64,000 bases of DNA from NCBI GenBank assembly GCA_963771515.1, contig CAVYTG010000001.1, positions 697,357-761,356 of the forward strand. Direction: 5' to 3'. This DNA is from an uncultured Gammaproteobacteria bacterium (GTDB lineage Bacteria; Pseudomonadota; Gammaproteobacteria; CAVYTG01). This document shows, piece after piece, positions 1 to 9,782 of the stretch. The notes below the pieces were generated by a model that was not told the DNA's origin, did no database searches, and saw nothing but the letters and a program-made list of their open reading frames with translations. The position numbers were made by a program, and so were the translations under genes. Within the stretch, counting starts at the first letter, position 1. Every line of letters begins with the position of its first letter.

Positions 1-515
1 GGGATATTATCAACTTGGATGTTGCGCTGATTAAGGATGATTATTATGGCGATACCAGCAAAATGTTTTTTGTAGGAGAGCCTTCCATATTGGCTAAAAA
101 ATTGGTGAGTGTTACTCAAGAATGCCTTTATTTGGGTATTCAAGAAGTACAACCTGGCAAACATCTAGGTGATATTGGTGCGGTGATTCAGAAACATGCA
201 GAGTCCAATCATTTTTCTGTGGTTCGAGACTATTGTGGCCATGGGATAGGTAAATCTTTCCATGAGGAACCTCAGGTGCTGCATTATGGAAAGGCAGGAA
301 CTGGCCCTGTAATGAAACCTGGCATGACCTTTACTATTGAACCTATGATTAATGTTGGTCGCCCAGATATTACGTTATTGCCAGATCATTGGACAGTCAT
401 CACCAAAGATAGAAAACTTTCAGCACAGTGGGAACATACGATATTAGTCACCGAAACTGGCGCTTTAGTATTGACCTTACGTCATGAAGAAAAAGAATTG
501 TTTTTAAACGGGTAA
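1..515 (+). CDS. map: methionine aminopeptidase type I, C-terminal part (gene starts upstream of the window)
   Basis: The ORF runs from the window edge to a stop at 515. The translation (HGIGKSFHEEP, TFTIEPMINVG, WTVITKDRKLSAQWEHT) matches MetAP-I C-terminal motifs. The M at position 15 in the ORF track is an internal residue. Confidence 0.8.
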   Translation, partial: DIINLDVALIKDDYYGDTSKMFFVGEPSILAKKLVSVTQECLYLGIQEVQPGKHLGDIGAVIQKHAESNHFSVVRDYCGHGIGKSFHEEPQVLHYGKAGTGPVMKPGMTFTIEPMINVGRPDITLLPDHWTVITKDRKLSAQWEHTILVTETGALVLTLRHEEKELFLNG

Positions 516-630
516 CCCTCCTATTATTGTCACGTTACCTTGCTTTAGAATTTCATATTAAAAATCTATTTCGTTCCTTCTTTCTATCCTGTATACTTCG
601 ACACTGTTTTTGATTTTGATAAGGATAAAC

Positions 631-3039
631 ATGAAACCCTTAAAAAAATTCCTTTTCCTTACCTTAATTTTTTTACTCTTCGCTGAGGCGACTCTGGCAC
701 AAGAAAATTTTGTGGTACAAAATATTCAGGTGGAAGGTTTAAAGCGTATCACTCGCCAAACTGTACTGAACTATGTTCCCGTGCATGCAGGACAAAGACT
801 TTCTCCGAGCGATTCAGATAACATCCTGGAAGCACTTTATAATACCGGTTTTTTTGAAAATGTAGATGTTACAAGAAAAGGAAATAATCTGGTTATTACT
901 GTTTCTGAACGTCCTACGATCGCACGCATCACAATTACGGGCAATAAAGAACTTAAAACTAAAAAATTATTAGAAGGACTAAAAAAATCCAAAATTACAG
1001 AGGGACAAATTTTTAACGCTTTCATGTTAAAGGCAGTGGAGCAAGCCATTGAACAGCAATATGTGCAAATTGGTCAATATCAGCCTGGTGTCGTTGTTAG
1101 AACGACGCCAACGACTGACAATCGAGTGAATGTTCAGATAGATATCAACGAAGGAGAAGTGATAAGAGTCGCTTCTATCCAGATCGAAGGAAATCATGCA
1201 TATACAAAGAAAGCGCTTCTAAAACAATTTGATTTAACTACCCCTACCCTGCTCTCCTGGTTTACTAAAAGTGATCGATACACACGCGAAAGATTAGATC
1301 GGGATTTAGAAAAACTGACGAGTTTTTATTTAGACCAGGGCTACCTGAAATTTCAAATTAATTCAGCTGATGTGGATGTCAACACCCAGACTCGAAAAGC
1401 TTACATCAAGATCCAGATTACAGAAGGTGATCGTTACAAGATTTCAGGTTACGAAGTCACGGGGCGTTTGTTGGGTCAGGAAGCTGCACTTCAGAAAATT
1501 TTAGCTGCCAAAATAAAATCAGGAGAATATTTTTCCAGAAGTCAAGTTTTACAGGCTAAAAAAGAAATTGACCAGCTCTATTCAAATGAAGGTTATGCCT
1601 TTGCTACTACTCAAATTGAGCCTCTGCCAAATGAAGCAGATCATGCCGTCTTCTTGAAATTTATTGTTAAACCTGGGGAGCAATTTTATGTCCGCCGCAT
1701 TCATTTCATTGGAAACAATAAAACTCAAAATTTAGTTTATCGCCAGGAAATGCGTCTTTTTGAAGCAGGCCCCTTTTCAACTTCTAAATTGCAAGAATCT
1801 AAACGCCGCCTTATGAACCTTCCCTATGTTGGGAATGTTGAGGTGGAACAAAGTTTAGTAGGAGATCGTTCTTCCAGGCAAATGGATTTGAACGTAAAGG
1901 TAAAAGAAGTACCCTCAGAAAATATTAAGGCGCAAATTGGTTATGGCGGCAACCAGTTTATTTATGGGGTGGGTTTTAGCGGACCTAATTTCATGGGAAC
2001 AGGAAGAACCTTTGCGGTCGGTTTAGACAATTCAGAAGCTACTCAACATTATTATATTAATTATGTGAACCCATATTTCACTTCAGATGGAATCAGTCAA
2101 GGGTTTGGAATTTTTTATGACAAACTTAATCCTAAAAAGTTAAATATTGATTCCACTTATACCATGGATAAATATGGTGCAAGCGTTAATTTTGGGATTC
2201 CTGTTACAAACGACTATGCACGTTTGAACTTTGTTGCGTCGTATGAAAATATTAAACTGCATCCACTTAGAGATGATATTACCGGCCAACTGTTAACCAC
2301 AAATCAAATTACTTCTTTTATTCGAAAGCATGGAGAAGCATTTAATAATACAAAGTTATCTGTCATTTGGACTTATACCCATCTTGATAAAGTCCCTTTT
2401 CCAACCAAAGGGGTCTACCAAAGTTTAATTGGTGAAGCAGGGATTCCTCTTTTTAAGCATGATTTACGTTACTATAAAGGTCGTTATAATTTAACGCTTT
2501 ATCAACCAATCGTTTCTGATTTTATCTTTACTGCAGGTACTGGTTTAGGTGCAGGGAATGGTTATGGCTCTTTTGAAACTCTCCCTTTCTTCCTAAACTA
2601 CTATGCAGGTGGTATTGACTCAGTTGCGGGCTATCGACAAAACACGTTAGGTCCCCGTGATAGCACACTGTTACCAAACCCCATTCGGTGTCCCAAAAAT
2701 CAACCATTCTGCCCTAGAGTGCTAGTCCCTTACACATCTCCTATTGGAGGTAATATTTTAACTGTGGGTCACGTTGGGATTATTTTGCCCCAATGGTTTA
2801 GCGAAAACTTCCGTATGACTATTTTTGGTCATGGCGGTAATGTTTTTCAAAAAAAGGTACACTTTAATGAGCTTAGGTATTCTGCAGGTATCCGTTTGGA
2901 AGCTCAGTTACCAATCGTAGGATTGGTTCAACTATCGTTTGCTAAAGCATTCCACAAAAAATGCACTCCAGAAAAAAGAGCTCTCAACCTGTGTGACCAG
3001 CTTGAATCAATACAGTTTGGTTTTGGAACGAGTTTCTAA
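631..3039 (+). CDS. bamA: outer membrane protein assembly factor BamA
   Basis: The ORF is 809 aa. The track ORF begins with TTG at 610, and the first ATG (631, MKPLKKFLFL) opens a signal peptide. POTRA-like repeats (VQNIQVEGLKRITRQTVLNYVP) and a C-terminal beta-barrel segment are present. Conserved order is bamA-skp-lpxD-fabZ-lpxA. Confidence 0.9.
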   Translation: MKPLKKFLFLTLIFLLFAEATLAQENFVVQNIQVEGLKRITRQTVLNYVPVHAGQRLSPSDSDNILEALYNTGFFENVDVTRKGNNLVITVSERPTIARITITGNKELKTKKLLEGLKKSKITEGQIFNAFMLKAVEQAIEQQYVQIGQYQPGVVVRTTPTTDNRVNVQIDINEGEVIRVASIQIEGNHAYTKKALLKQFDLTTPTLLSWFTKSDRYTRERLDRDLEKLTSFYLDQGYLKFQINSADVDVNTQTRKAYIKIQITEGDRYKISGYEVTGRLLGQEAALQKILAAKIKSGEYFSRSQVLQAKKEIDQLYSNEGYAFATTQIEPLPNEADHAVFLKFIVKPGEQFYVRRIHFIGNNKTQNLVYRQEMRLFEAGPFSTSKLQESKRRLMNLPYVGNVEVEQSLVGDRSSRQMDLNVKVKEVPSENIKAQIGYGGNQFIYGVGFSGPNFMGTGRTFAVGLDNSEATQHYYINYVNPYFTSDGISQGFGIFYDKLNPKKLNIDSTYTMDKYGASVNFGIPVTNDYARLNFVASYENIKLHPLRDDITGQLLTTNQITSFIRKHGEAFNNTKLSVIWTYTHLDKVPFPTKGVYQSLIGEAGIPLFKHDLRYYKGRYNLTLYQPIVSDFIFTAGTGLGAGNGYGSFETLPFFLNYYAGGIDSVAGYRQNTLGPRDSTLLPNPIRCPKNQPFCPRVLVPYTSPIGGNILTVGHVGIILPQWFSENFRMTIFGHGGNVFQKKVHFNELRYSAGIRLEAQLPIVGLVQLSFAKAFHKKCTPEKRALNLCDQLESIQFGFGTSF

Positions 3040-3170
3040 ATTATCTAGGTTTGCTTTACCAATCGAGATTGGATGACTATAACTTAAAATAAAAGGTAGT
3101 AGTGTAGAAAGAAGTTTAGGGTAAACACACCCTAATATGGTTTTTAATATAAAATTAAAGGAGCGTTTTA

Positions 3171-3671
3171 ATGAAAAAATTTTTATTCGTCAGTTTTATT
3201 GCCTTATCAGCATCAGTAGCCAATGTTGCTCTAGCAGCAGATGCTAGCAAAATTGGTATCGTTAACTTTCAGGAAGTAGTACAAAATTCTCCTGATTATG
3301 AAGCATTGAAGTCTAAACTGGAAAAGCAGCTAGCTCCCAAGCAAAAGAAACTCATGGCAAGCCAAAAAGAATTTCAAAAAGATCTTGAAGATCTTCGCAA
3401 AAATGATGCAGTGATGAAAGAAGCTGATAAGAAAAAATTGCAAGAAAAGATTATTAAAAAGCAACAAGAAATTCAGTTAATGGAAGCTGCTTTTCAAAAA
3501 GAATCTCTTGCTGCACAAGAAAAAGCATTTCAAGAATTGGTGACTAAATTAAAAGCAAAAATTGCTAAAGTTGCTAAAGCCGAAAAGTTAGATATGGCTT
3601 TAACGAAAGATGCTGTTCTTTATACAACAGGTCCAGACATTACTCAAAAGGTTATTAAAGCCCTTAAGTAA
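3171..3671 (+). CDS. skp: periplasmic chaperone Skp/OmpH
   Basis: It is 166 aa with a signal peptide and a K/E/Q-rich coiled coil. It sits between bamA and lpxD. Confidence 0.85.
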   Translation: MKKFLFVSFIALSASVANVALAADASKIGIVNFQEVVQNSPDYEALKSKLEKQLAPKQKKLMASQKEFQKDLEDLRKNDAVMKEADKKKLQEKIIKKQQEIQLMEAAFQKESLAAQEKAFQELVTKLKAKIAKVAKAEKLDMALTKDAVLYTTGPDITQKVIKALK

Positions 3672-3684
3672 TTAAAAGATTTAA

Positions 3685-3726
3685 CTAGGGTTTGTCCTCG
3701 ATGTATATTTTAAAGACAAACCCTAG
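3685..3726 (+). other. stem-loop (12-bp arms CTAGGGTTTGTC/GACAAACCCTAG, 18-nt loop) right after the skp stop. It is a possible attenuator or partial terminator and has no T-tract.
   Basis: Perfect inverted repeat read from the sequence. Confidence 0.25.
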
Positions 3727-3785
3727 CCATTGCTGATTGATATCAATTTGGTACGCACTCTGCATTGGCTAACTTGATTTAAACT

Positions 3786-4835
3786 ATGAATACTCAAGAA
3801 GTACGCCAAAAATCAAAAATTTACACGCTTGCCTATTTGGCTGAGGTCACTGAATCCTCACTGCAAGGCGACCCTCAATGTGAAATTCAACGAATTGCTC
3901 CTCTAAAAACAGCACAAGCAGGGGATATTAGTTTTCTCAGCAATCCAGCCTACTTAAATGACTTGCATCAAACAAAAGCTTCTGCAGTTATTCTCGCACC
4001 TAAATTTGCCGATGAATGTCCGACCAATGTCTTGTGCCATGAAAACCCACTTTGGAGCTATACGAAACTTGCTGAGTTATTTTTTCAGGTAAAACCCTCT
4101 CTTCCGTCTATTCACCCAACTGCCCTGATTGGCAAAGATTGTCATATTCACCCCTCTGTTACGATTGGAGCACATTGTGTCATTGGAGATGAAGTTTGCA
4201 TCGGTGAAAATACAGTGCTTCATCCAGCCTGTGTCATTGGTGAGCGAGCGAGCATAGGAAGTTATGCTATTTTTTGGCCTAAAGTGGTTCTATATCATGA
4301 CGTAAAGATCGGGAACCGGGTTATCATTCACAGTGGGGCCATCATTGGAAGTGATGGCTTTGGTAATGTACAAAAAGATAATACCTGGGTTAAAGTTCCT
4401 CAAATTGGAAGTGTTGTTATTGGGGATGATGTAGAAATTGGTGCTAATACTACGATTGATCGAGGTGCGATTGAAGATACAGTTATTGGCCATGGGGTTA
4501 AGCTAGACAATCAGATTCAAATTGCACACAATGTGCATATTGGTGATCATACTGCAATTGCTGCCTGCACTGGAATTGCCGGCAGTGCACATATTGGAAA
4601 GCATTGTATGATCGGTGGAGGGGTTAATATTTTAGGACATATTAAAATTACAGACAACACAATAATTGCAGGTGCTTCAAATGTTGGAAAAACGCTTAAA
4701 GAACCAGGTTTCTACTTATCTGCCTTTGATTCACTCCCCCACTTTAAATGGAAAAAAAATCTCATTCGCTTTCAACAGCTAGATGAGTTAGTAAAACGTT
4801 TATTTAAACTGGAGAAAGATGTGTATGAAAAATAA
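3786..4835 (+). CDS. lpxD: UDP-3-O-acylglucosamine N-acyltransferase LpxD
   Basis: It is 349 aa with left-handed beta-helix hexapeptide repeats (IGDDVEIGANTTIDRGAIEDTVIG) and lies in the conserved position. Confidence 0.9.
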   Translation: MNTQEVRQKSKIYTLAYLAEVTESSLQGDPQCEIQRIAPLKTAQAGDISFLSNPAYLNDLHQTKASAVILAPKFADECPTNVLCHENPLWSYTKLAELFFQVKPSLPSIHPTALIGKDCHIHPSVTIGAHCVIGDEVCIGENTVLHPACVIGERASIGSYAIFWPKVVLYHDVKIGNRVIIHSGAIIGSDGFGNVQKDNTWVKVPQIGSVVIGDDVEIGANTTIDRGAIEDTVIGHGVKLDNQIQIAHNVHIGDHTAIAACTGIAGSAHIGKHCMIGGGVNILGHIKITDNTIIAGASNVGKTLKEPGFYLSAFDSLPHFKWKKNLIRFQQLDELVKRLFKLEKDVYEK

Positions 4836-5304
4836 ATTAGATATTGAAGACATTTGTCATCTTTTACCACAAAGATACCCCTTTTTAATGATTGATCGAG
4901 TCATCCATATTGAAGCAGGAAAGTCTTTAACCGCTGTGAAAAATGTCACCATCAACGAACCATTTTTTAATGGACATTTTCCTGAAAAACCTGTTATGCC
5001 CGGTGTTTTGATGATTGAAGCACTTGCCCAAACTGCCAGTATTTTGAGCTTTAACCTTTTAGGAAAGAGTCAGCTGGAAGAAACAGAAATTTTTTATCTG
5101 GCAGGTGTTGATAATGTTCGTTTTAAACATACCGTAATTCCAGGTGATCAATTGATACTCCATATAGAACTAGATCGTCATAAAGGCTCTTACTGGAGGT
5201 ATAAAGCAACAGCTCGAGTGGAAGACAAAATAGCCTGCACAGCAGATATCATCGGATATTTTGATGCTCAAGAAACTCAAAACACAGAGGATTCTACCGC
5301 ATGA
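4825..5304 (+). CDS. fabZ: 3-hydroxyacyl-ACP dehydratase FabZ
   Basis: The hotdog-fold motif (FFNGHFPEKPVMPGVLMIEALAQ) is present. ATG 4825 has a GGAG ribosome-binding site about 10 nt upstream. ATG 4819 is too close to that site. Confidence 0.9.
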   Translation: MKNKLDIEDICHLLPQRYPFLMIDRVIHIEAGKSLTAVKNVTINEPFFNGHFPEKPVMPGVLMIEALAQTASILSFNLLGKSQLEETEIFYLAGVDNVRFKHTVIPGDQLILHIELDRHKGSYWRYKATARVEDKIACTADIIGYFDAQETQNTEDSTA

Positions 5305-6071
5305 TTCATGAAACAGCAATTATCCATCCAAAAGCCAAAATTTCAGAAAATGTAGAAATTGGCCCTTGGACTATTATAGGTGAGTCAGTAGAGATTGGAC
5401 CGGGCACTATCGTAGGTTCAAGCACTGTCATTAAAGGTCCAACGGTCATCGGTGCTAACAACCAAATTTCTTCTTTTGTGTCTATTGGTTCAGAACCTCA
5501 ATCTATACAATATCGTGGAGAAAATACCCGATTAATTATTGGAAATAATAATACCATTCGAGAATTTTGTACTATCAATCGCGGTACGACTCAAGGGGAT
5601 GGTGTGACCAGAATAGGAGATCATAACTTTTTTCTAGCCTATAGCCATATTGCGCACGACTGTTCTGTAGGTAACCATACAACCTTTGTAAATAATGCCA
5701 CGCTAGGAGGTCATGTACGTGTCGGTGATTATGCCTATATTGGTTGCTTTGTTTGTGTTCATCAGTTTTGTGAAATAGGTTCTCATAGCATTATCAGCCA
5801 CTGTGCAGCGATTACTAAAGATGTATTAGCCTATTCTATGGTTGCAGGCAACCCTCCTTCTAACTATGGCATCAATCTAGAGGGACTAAAGCGACGGGGT
5901 TATACCAAGGAAGCCATTACTGAGCTAAAGCGCGCTCAAAACGTGATCTTACGCCAAGGTTTAACGACACAAAAAGCGCTCGGAGAGCTGAAGATAATGG
6001 TGGAAGACTGTCCAGAAATACAGCTGTTTATTGATAGCTTACAGTCTTCTACTCGAGGGATTTTACGGTAA
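5301..6071 (+). CDS. lpxA: acyl-ACP-UDP-GlcNAc O-acyltransferase LpxA
   Basis: It is 256 aa with hexapeptide repeats. Its ATGA overlaps the fabZ stop. Confidence 0.9.
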   Translation: MIHETAIIHPKAKISENVEIGPWTIIGESVEIGPGTIVGSSTVIKGPTVIGANNQISSFVSIGSEPQSIQYRGENTRLIIGNNNTIREFCTINRGTTQGDGVTRIGDHNFFLAYSHIAHDCSVGNHTTFVNNATLGGHVRVGDYAYIGCFVCVHQFCEIGSHSIISHCAAITKDVLAYSMVAGNPPSNYGINLEGLKRRGYTKEAITELKRAQNVILRQGLTTQKALGELKIMVEDCPEIQLFIDSLQSSTRGILR

Positions 6072-6089
6072 AGTAAAATTTTTCGCATG

Positions 6090-6385
6090 AAGGTTCAACC
6101 TATCAAATCAGAATTACCGCTGGAGTTTGAAATTCCGGCGGTGACCAGAATCGTGATTTTCCCCTTCTGAGCCGCGTCATACTCTTATACATAAAGCGCG
6201 ACAACAATCCAGGCAGGCGCTTGCATCGAAGAACCCAGCTGGGGAAAGCAAAAGTCTCGTCATTGCGAGGAGCGAGGCGACGTGGCAATCCAGACTGAAT
6301 CTTATTGAAGCCACTCAGTCTTTCACGGATAAAAGCTTCTGCCTGGATTGCCACGCTTTGTTCGCAATGAAGGGTGAGCAGTTAC
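6090..6385. repeat. composite palindromic repeat element, locus 1
   Basis: It contains the core GTCATTGCGAGGAGCGAGGCGACGTGGCAATCCAGAC and its inverted partner CTGGATTGCCACGCT...CGCAATGA. It ends with GGTGAGCAGTTAC. The family recurs at 10 or more loci. Confidence 0.6.
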
Positions 6386-6427
6386 ATTTTATTAAAATAA
6401 ATCCTTCAAAATTAACAACTGCAGTGT

Positions 6428-6754
6428 CTATAAATGCTCTTTCAAAAGCGCTTCTAATTGTGTTTTTGTAATCATCCCAACATGTGAATTCACCACCTCT
6501 CCTTGTTTAAATAAAATGAGTGTAGGAATTCCTCGGACGCCATAATTTGCAGTGGTTTCTGCATTAGCATCTACATCTACCTTGGCAACTTTCAAACGAC
6601 CTGCATAATCTTTTGCAATTTCCTCAACAATAGGAGCAATTGCACGACAAGGACCACACCAACTTGCCCAAAAATCAACTAAAACAGGAAGTTCTGACTT
6701 TAAAACTTCATTATCAAAGGTACCATCAACAACAGATAATGTATTTTCACTCAC
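6428..6754 (-). CDS. trxA: thioredoxin 1
   Basis: WCGPC active site. It aligns end to end with 109-aa TrxA when started at GTG 6754, which has a GAGGAG ribosome-binding site 7 nt upstream. The track start at 6769 is TTG. Confidence 0.85.
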   Translation of the reverse strand: MSENTLSVVDGTFDNEVLKSELPVLVDFWASWCGPCRAIAPIVEEIAKDYAGRLKVAKVDVDANAETTANYGVRGIPTLILFKQGEVVNSHVGMITKTQLEALLKEHL

Positions 6755-6769
6755 AAAGATGCTCCTCAA

Positions 6770-8161
6770 TTATAAAATATATCGACTTAAATCTTGATCT
6801 TTAACTAAATGCCCAATCTGTTTTGTAACATAAGCTTTATTAATATTGACTTTCTTGCCTTGTTTGCCCAATGTAGAAGCATCAAAAGAAAGAGTTTCCA
6901 ACAAGCGCTCCATCATGGTATATAATCTTCTGGCTCCAATATTTTCCATTTTTTCATTTGCTAAATAAGCCAGTTCCGCTAATGTACGTATCCCATCTTT
7001 AGAAAAGCTTATTTTGAGCCCTTCTGTTTCCATCAACGCCATATATTGTCGGGTTAAAGATGCTGTAGGTTCTTTTAAAATACGTTCAAAGTCTTCTGCT
7101 GTTAATGCTTTAAGCTCCACGCGAATAGGAAAACGGCCTTGAAGTTCAGGCACCAGATCAGAAGGTTTAGCCAGCTGAAAAGCACCTGAAGCAATAAATA
7201 ATACATGATCTGTTTTTACTGGGCCATACCGGGTTGAAACCGTGCTTCCTTCAACAAGCGGCAATAAATCTCTTTGTACCCCTTCTCGTGAAACATCTGC
7301 ACCCTGCACACCTCTTCGAACAATTTTGTCAAACTCATCAATAAATACAATGCCAAACTGCTCTGCTCGCTCAACTGCTTTTCTACGAATTAACTCTTCA
7401 TCAACCATTTTGGCTGCTTCTTCTTCCTCCAGGTGTCTTAGCGCATCTTTAATACGCATCTTACGCGACTTCCCATTACCTCGATCTTTAAGACCCTGAA
7501 AAATTTCTTGTAGTTGGCTGGTCATTTCTTCCATACCAGGAGGCGCAACAATTTCTACACCAAAAGAGCTAGATGAAACTTGTATTTCAATTTCTTTCTC
7601 ATCCAACTTACCTTCCAGTAGTTTTCGACGAAACACTTCGCGGGCGACATTGAGCTCAGCAGCATTCTGCTCTTTTTCCTCTGCTATTTCTGATTGTTCT
7701 TCTGAAGCAGGCAATAAGACATCCAACACACGCTCAAGCGCTAACGATCCAGCTCTCTCTCTGACTTTTTGCTTTTCCTCTTCCCGGACCATTTTAATGG
7801 ATATTTCAATTAAGTCTCGAACAATAGAATCCACATCACGCCCTACATAACCTACTTCTGTAAACTTGGTGGCTTCAATTTTTACAAAAGGGGCTCTAAC
7901 CAGGCTCGCTAAACGTCTGGCAATTTCAGTTTTACCCACACCGGTCGGACCAATCATTAAAATATTTTTGGGTGTAATTTCCTTTCGTAATTCTTCGGGT
8001 ACTCGCATCCGCCGCCAGCGATTTCTTAAAGCGATGGCAACCGCCCTTTTTGCTTCAGGTTGTCCAATAATATAAAGGTCCAACTCTTTTACAATTTGGT
8101 CTGGCGTTTGATTAAAATCCATTTCACTTGGATTTTCATTAAATTCTAAAGGTAAACTCAT
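6770..8161 (-). CDS. hslU: ATP-dependent protease ATPase subunit HslU
   Basis: It is 463 aa with a Walker A motif ([15 protein letters not shown]) and an I-domain. Confidence 0.95.
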   Translation of the reverse strand: MSLPLEFNENPSEMDFNQTPDQIVKELDLYIIGQPEAKRAVAIALRNRWRRMRVPEELRKEITPKNILMIGPTGVGKTEIARRLASLVRAPFVKIEATKFTEVGYVGRDVDSIVRDLIEISIKMVREEEKQKVRERAGSLALERVLDVLLPASEEQSEIAEEKEQNAAELNVAREVFRRKLLEGKLDEKEIEIQVSSSSFGVEIVAPPGMEEMTSQLQEIFQGLKDRGNGKSRKMRIKDALRHLEEEEAAKMVDEELIRRKAVERAEQFGIVFIDEFDKIVRRGVQGADVSREGVQRDLLPLVEGSTVSTRYGPVKTDHVLFIASGAFQLAKPSDLVPELQGRFPIRVELKALTAEDFERILKEPTASLTRQYMALMETEGLKISFSKDGIRTLAELAYLANEKMENIGARRLYTMMERLLETLSFDASTLGKQGKKVNINKAYVTKQIGHLVKDQDLSRYIL

Positions 8162-8173
8162 GATTTTATTAAT

Positions 8174-8710
8174 TTATAGTGCTTCAATTACAAAGTTATG
8201 GTTGGTAAATACACAAATATCTGCTGCTATCGTTAGCCCTTTCTTTACAATTTCTTTTGCGCTCATTTTGGTATTTTCTAATAAAGCTTTCGCGGCTGAC
8301 TGCGCATACGCTCCACCAGAACCGATTGCCATAATACCTTGTTCGGGTTCAATGACGTCTCCATTTCCGGTAATAATTAAGGAAGCGGTATGGTCCGCAA
8401 CGGCTAAAAGTGCTTCCAAACGACGTAAAATCTTGTCAGTTCTCCAGTCCTTTGCAAGCTCAACAGCAGAGCGCGTTAGATGCCCCTGATGTCTCTCCAG
8501 CTTTGCTTCAAATAATTCAAACAAAGTAAATGCATCAGCTGTCCCTCCTGCAAACCCAGCAATGACCTGGTCGTTATAGAGTCGACGTACTTTCCGTGCA
8601 TTTCCTTTCATCACGACGCTATTACCCATAGTCACTTGCCCGTCTCCCCCAATCACTACCTGACCATTGCGTCGAACAGATAGAATAGTTGTGCCTCTAT
8701 ATTGATCCAT
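8174..8710 (-). CDS. hslV: ATP-dependent protease subunit HslV
   Basis: It is 178 aa with an N-terminal [10 protein letters not shown] (Thr protease). Confidence 0.95.
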   Translation of the reverse strand: MDQYRGTTILSVRRNGQVVIGGDGQVTMGNSVVMKGNARKVRRLYNDQVIAGFAGGTADAFTLFELFEAKLERHQGHLTRSAVELAKDWRTDKILRRLEALLAVADHTASLIITGNGDVIEPEQGIMAIGSGGAYAQSAAKALLENTKMSAKEIVKKGLTIAADICVFTNHNFVIEAL

Positions 8711-8780
8711 AGATTAATTACGCTATTCAGTTAATATGTACCATTTTATGTATTACAAACATTTTGTACTACCTCCATTA

Positions 8781-8808
8781 CTATGGGGGCAAACTTGCCG
8801 AATTTCAA
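8781..8808 (-). promoter_or_regulatory. putative sigma32 heat-shock promoter for hslVU
   Basis: The minus strand reads TTGAAA-13/14 nt-CCCCATAG against the consensus TTGAAA-N13-15-CCCCATNT. It lies about 75 bp upstream of hslV. Confidence 0.5.
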
Positions 8809-8858
8809 TAGAAGCGTTTTATTTGATTTCAAAATACTTTCTTTATCAGGGCTTTCTC

Positions 8859-8887
8859 TTGGTAAATTACCTGCACTGGAGTATATT
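8859..8887 (+). promoter_or_regulatory. putative sigma70 promoter of the ppsR-like gene (TTGGTA-17 bp-TATATT)
   Basis: Read from the sequence. It lies about 70 bp upstream of ATG 8958. Confidence 0.4.
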
Positions 8888-8957
8888 AAGTTGGTGTAGG
8901 CAGCCCCCCTATAAATTGAAGATACACCCTACATCTTTTTCAGGCTAAAGTTTTTGT

Positions 8958-9782
8958 ATGACCTCATCGAATAATCAACTGACTATTTTTATTCTTTCAG
9001 ATTCATCTGGAGAAACGGCTGAGTCTATCGCTAAAGCTTGCCTGGTTCAATTCCCTTCTGATCGTGTTTTTATTCATCGCTTGCCTCAAGTTCGAAATAA
9101 TGAACAAATCATTGAAGTCATTCATCAGGTAGCTGCGATGCAAAGAAAAGGGATCATCGCCTACACGCTAGTATTACCTGAATATAAAGAAACACTGGAA
9201 TCCATTGCTGTTCAAGCCAAACTACCAACCATTGATTTACTAGGCCCGCTGATTACTCGGTTAACCGAGCTAACCGGTTCTTTACCTCTCAGTGAACCAG
9301 GTCGTCTACATTTGTTAGATGAAAAATATTTTAAACGGATGGCTGCTATTGAGTTTTCCATTCGATTTGATGATGGAAAAAACCCGGAAAGTTTAAGAGA
9401 AGCAGACGTGGTTCTCATCGGCGTTTCAAGAACCAGTAAAACGCCTAACTGCATGTATCTGGCTCAGCATTATGGTTTAAAATGCGCAAACATTCCTATT
9501 GTATTTGGGGTTTCTCCGCCTCCCACCTTATTTGAAATTGATCATAGAAAAATTATTGCATTGGGCATTGATCCACATTTATTACAAGATATTCGATCTA
9601 ATCGTGCACAATTTTTGGGTATGCCAGGCCATTCTGATTATGCCGATCCTCAAAAAATCCAGGAAGAGATTCAGTATGCTCGAAAGGTTTTTCAGGCATT
9701 AAAATGCAAGGTATTAAGTGTCTCTAATAAAGCGATTGAAGAAACGTCCAGTGAGATTATCTTGCATCTTAGAAGCGTTTGA
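8958..9782 (+). CDS. ppsR: PEP synthase / pyruvate-phosphate dikinase regulatory protein (PSRP, DUF299 kinase/phosphotransferase)
   Basis: It is 274 aa. The N-terminus is IFILSDSSGETAE, and the P-loop GVSRTSKTPNCMYLA matches YdiA/PSRP. Confidence 0.8.
   Translation: MTSSNNQLTIFILSDSSGETAESIAKACLVQFPSDRVFIHRLPQVRNNEQIIEVIHQVAAMQRKGIIAYTLVLPEYKETLESIAVQAKLPTIDLLGPLITRLTELTGSLPLSEPGRLHLLDEKYFKRMAAIEFSIRFDDGKNPESLREADVVLIGVSRTSKTPNCMYLAQHYGLKCANIPIVFGVSPPPTLFEIDHRKIIALGIDPHLLQDIRSNRAQFLGMPGHSDYADPQKIQEEIQYARKVFQALKCKVLSVSNKAIEETSSEIILHLRSV

Noticed and set aside
610-630. N-terminal extensions in track ORFs (bamA 610, 20799, waaA 11073, ccmC 40547, fimV-like 44077, 29435, 52031, IS transposase 30524, hsp20 11520, fabZ 4819)
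   Set aside because: These starts are TTG or GTG, or they precede a better ATG with a ribosome-binding site. I trimmed them to the first ATG or RBS-supported start, which also agrees with homologue N-termini.
6103-6354. Track ORFs 6103..6354(-), 30612..30818(+), 38947..39186(+) and the C-terminal tails ending ...LPRRFAPRNDG
   Set aside because: They lie entirely within palindromic repeat copies. The recurring LPRRFAPRND peptide is the translation of the repeat core, not of independent genes.
7242-8489. Several 60-110-aa ORFs antisense to hslU, hslV and ligA, inside the ANK gene (31382.., 33569.., 34064.., 35569.., 36407..), and inside the paralogs (46878.., 49411.., 51054.., 51595..)
   Set aside because: They lie wholly within well-supported longer genes on the opposite strand. 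They have low-complexity, biased composition and no ribosome-binding sites.
8736-8948. 70-aa ORF in the hslV/ppsR intergenic region
   Set aside because: The region holds the divergent promoters (sigma32 for hslVU, sigma70 for the ppsR-like gene). The ORF has no ribosome-binding site and a Cys/Trp-rich, unlikely sequence.
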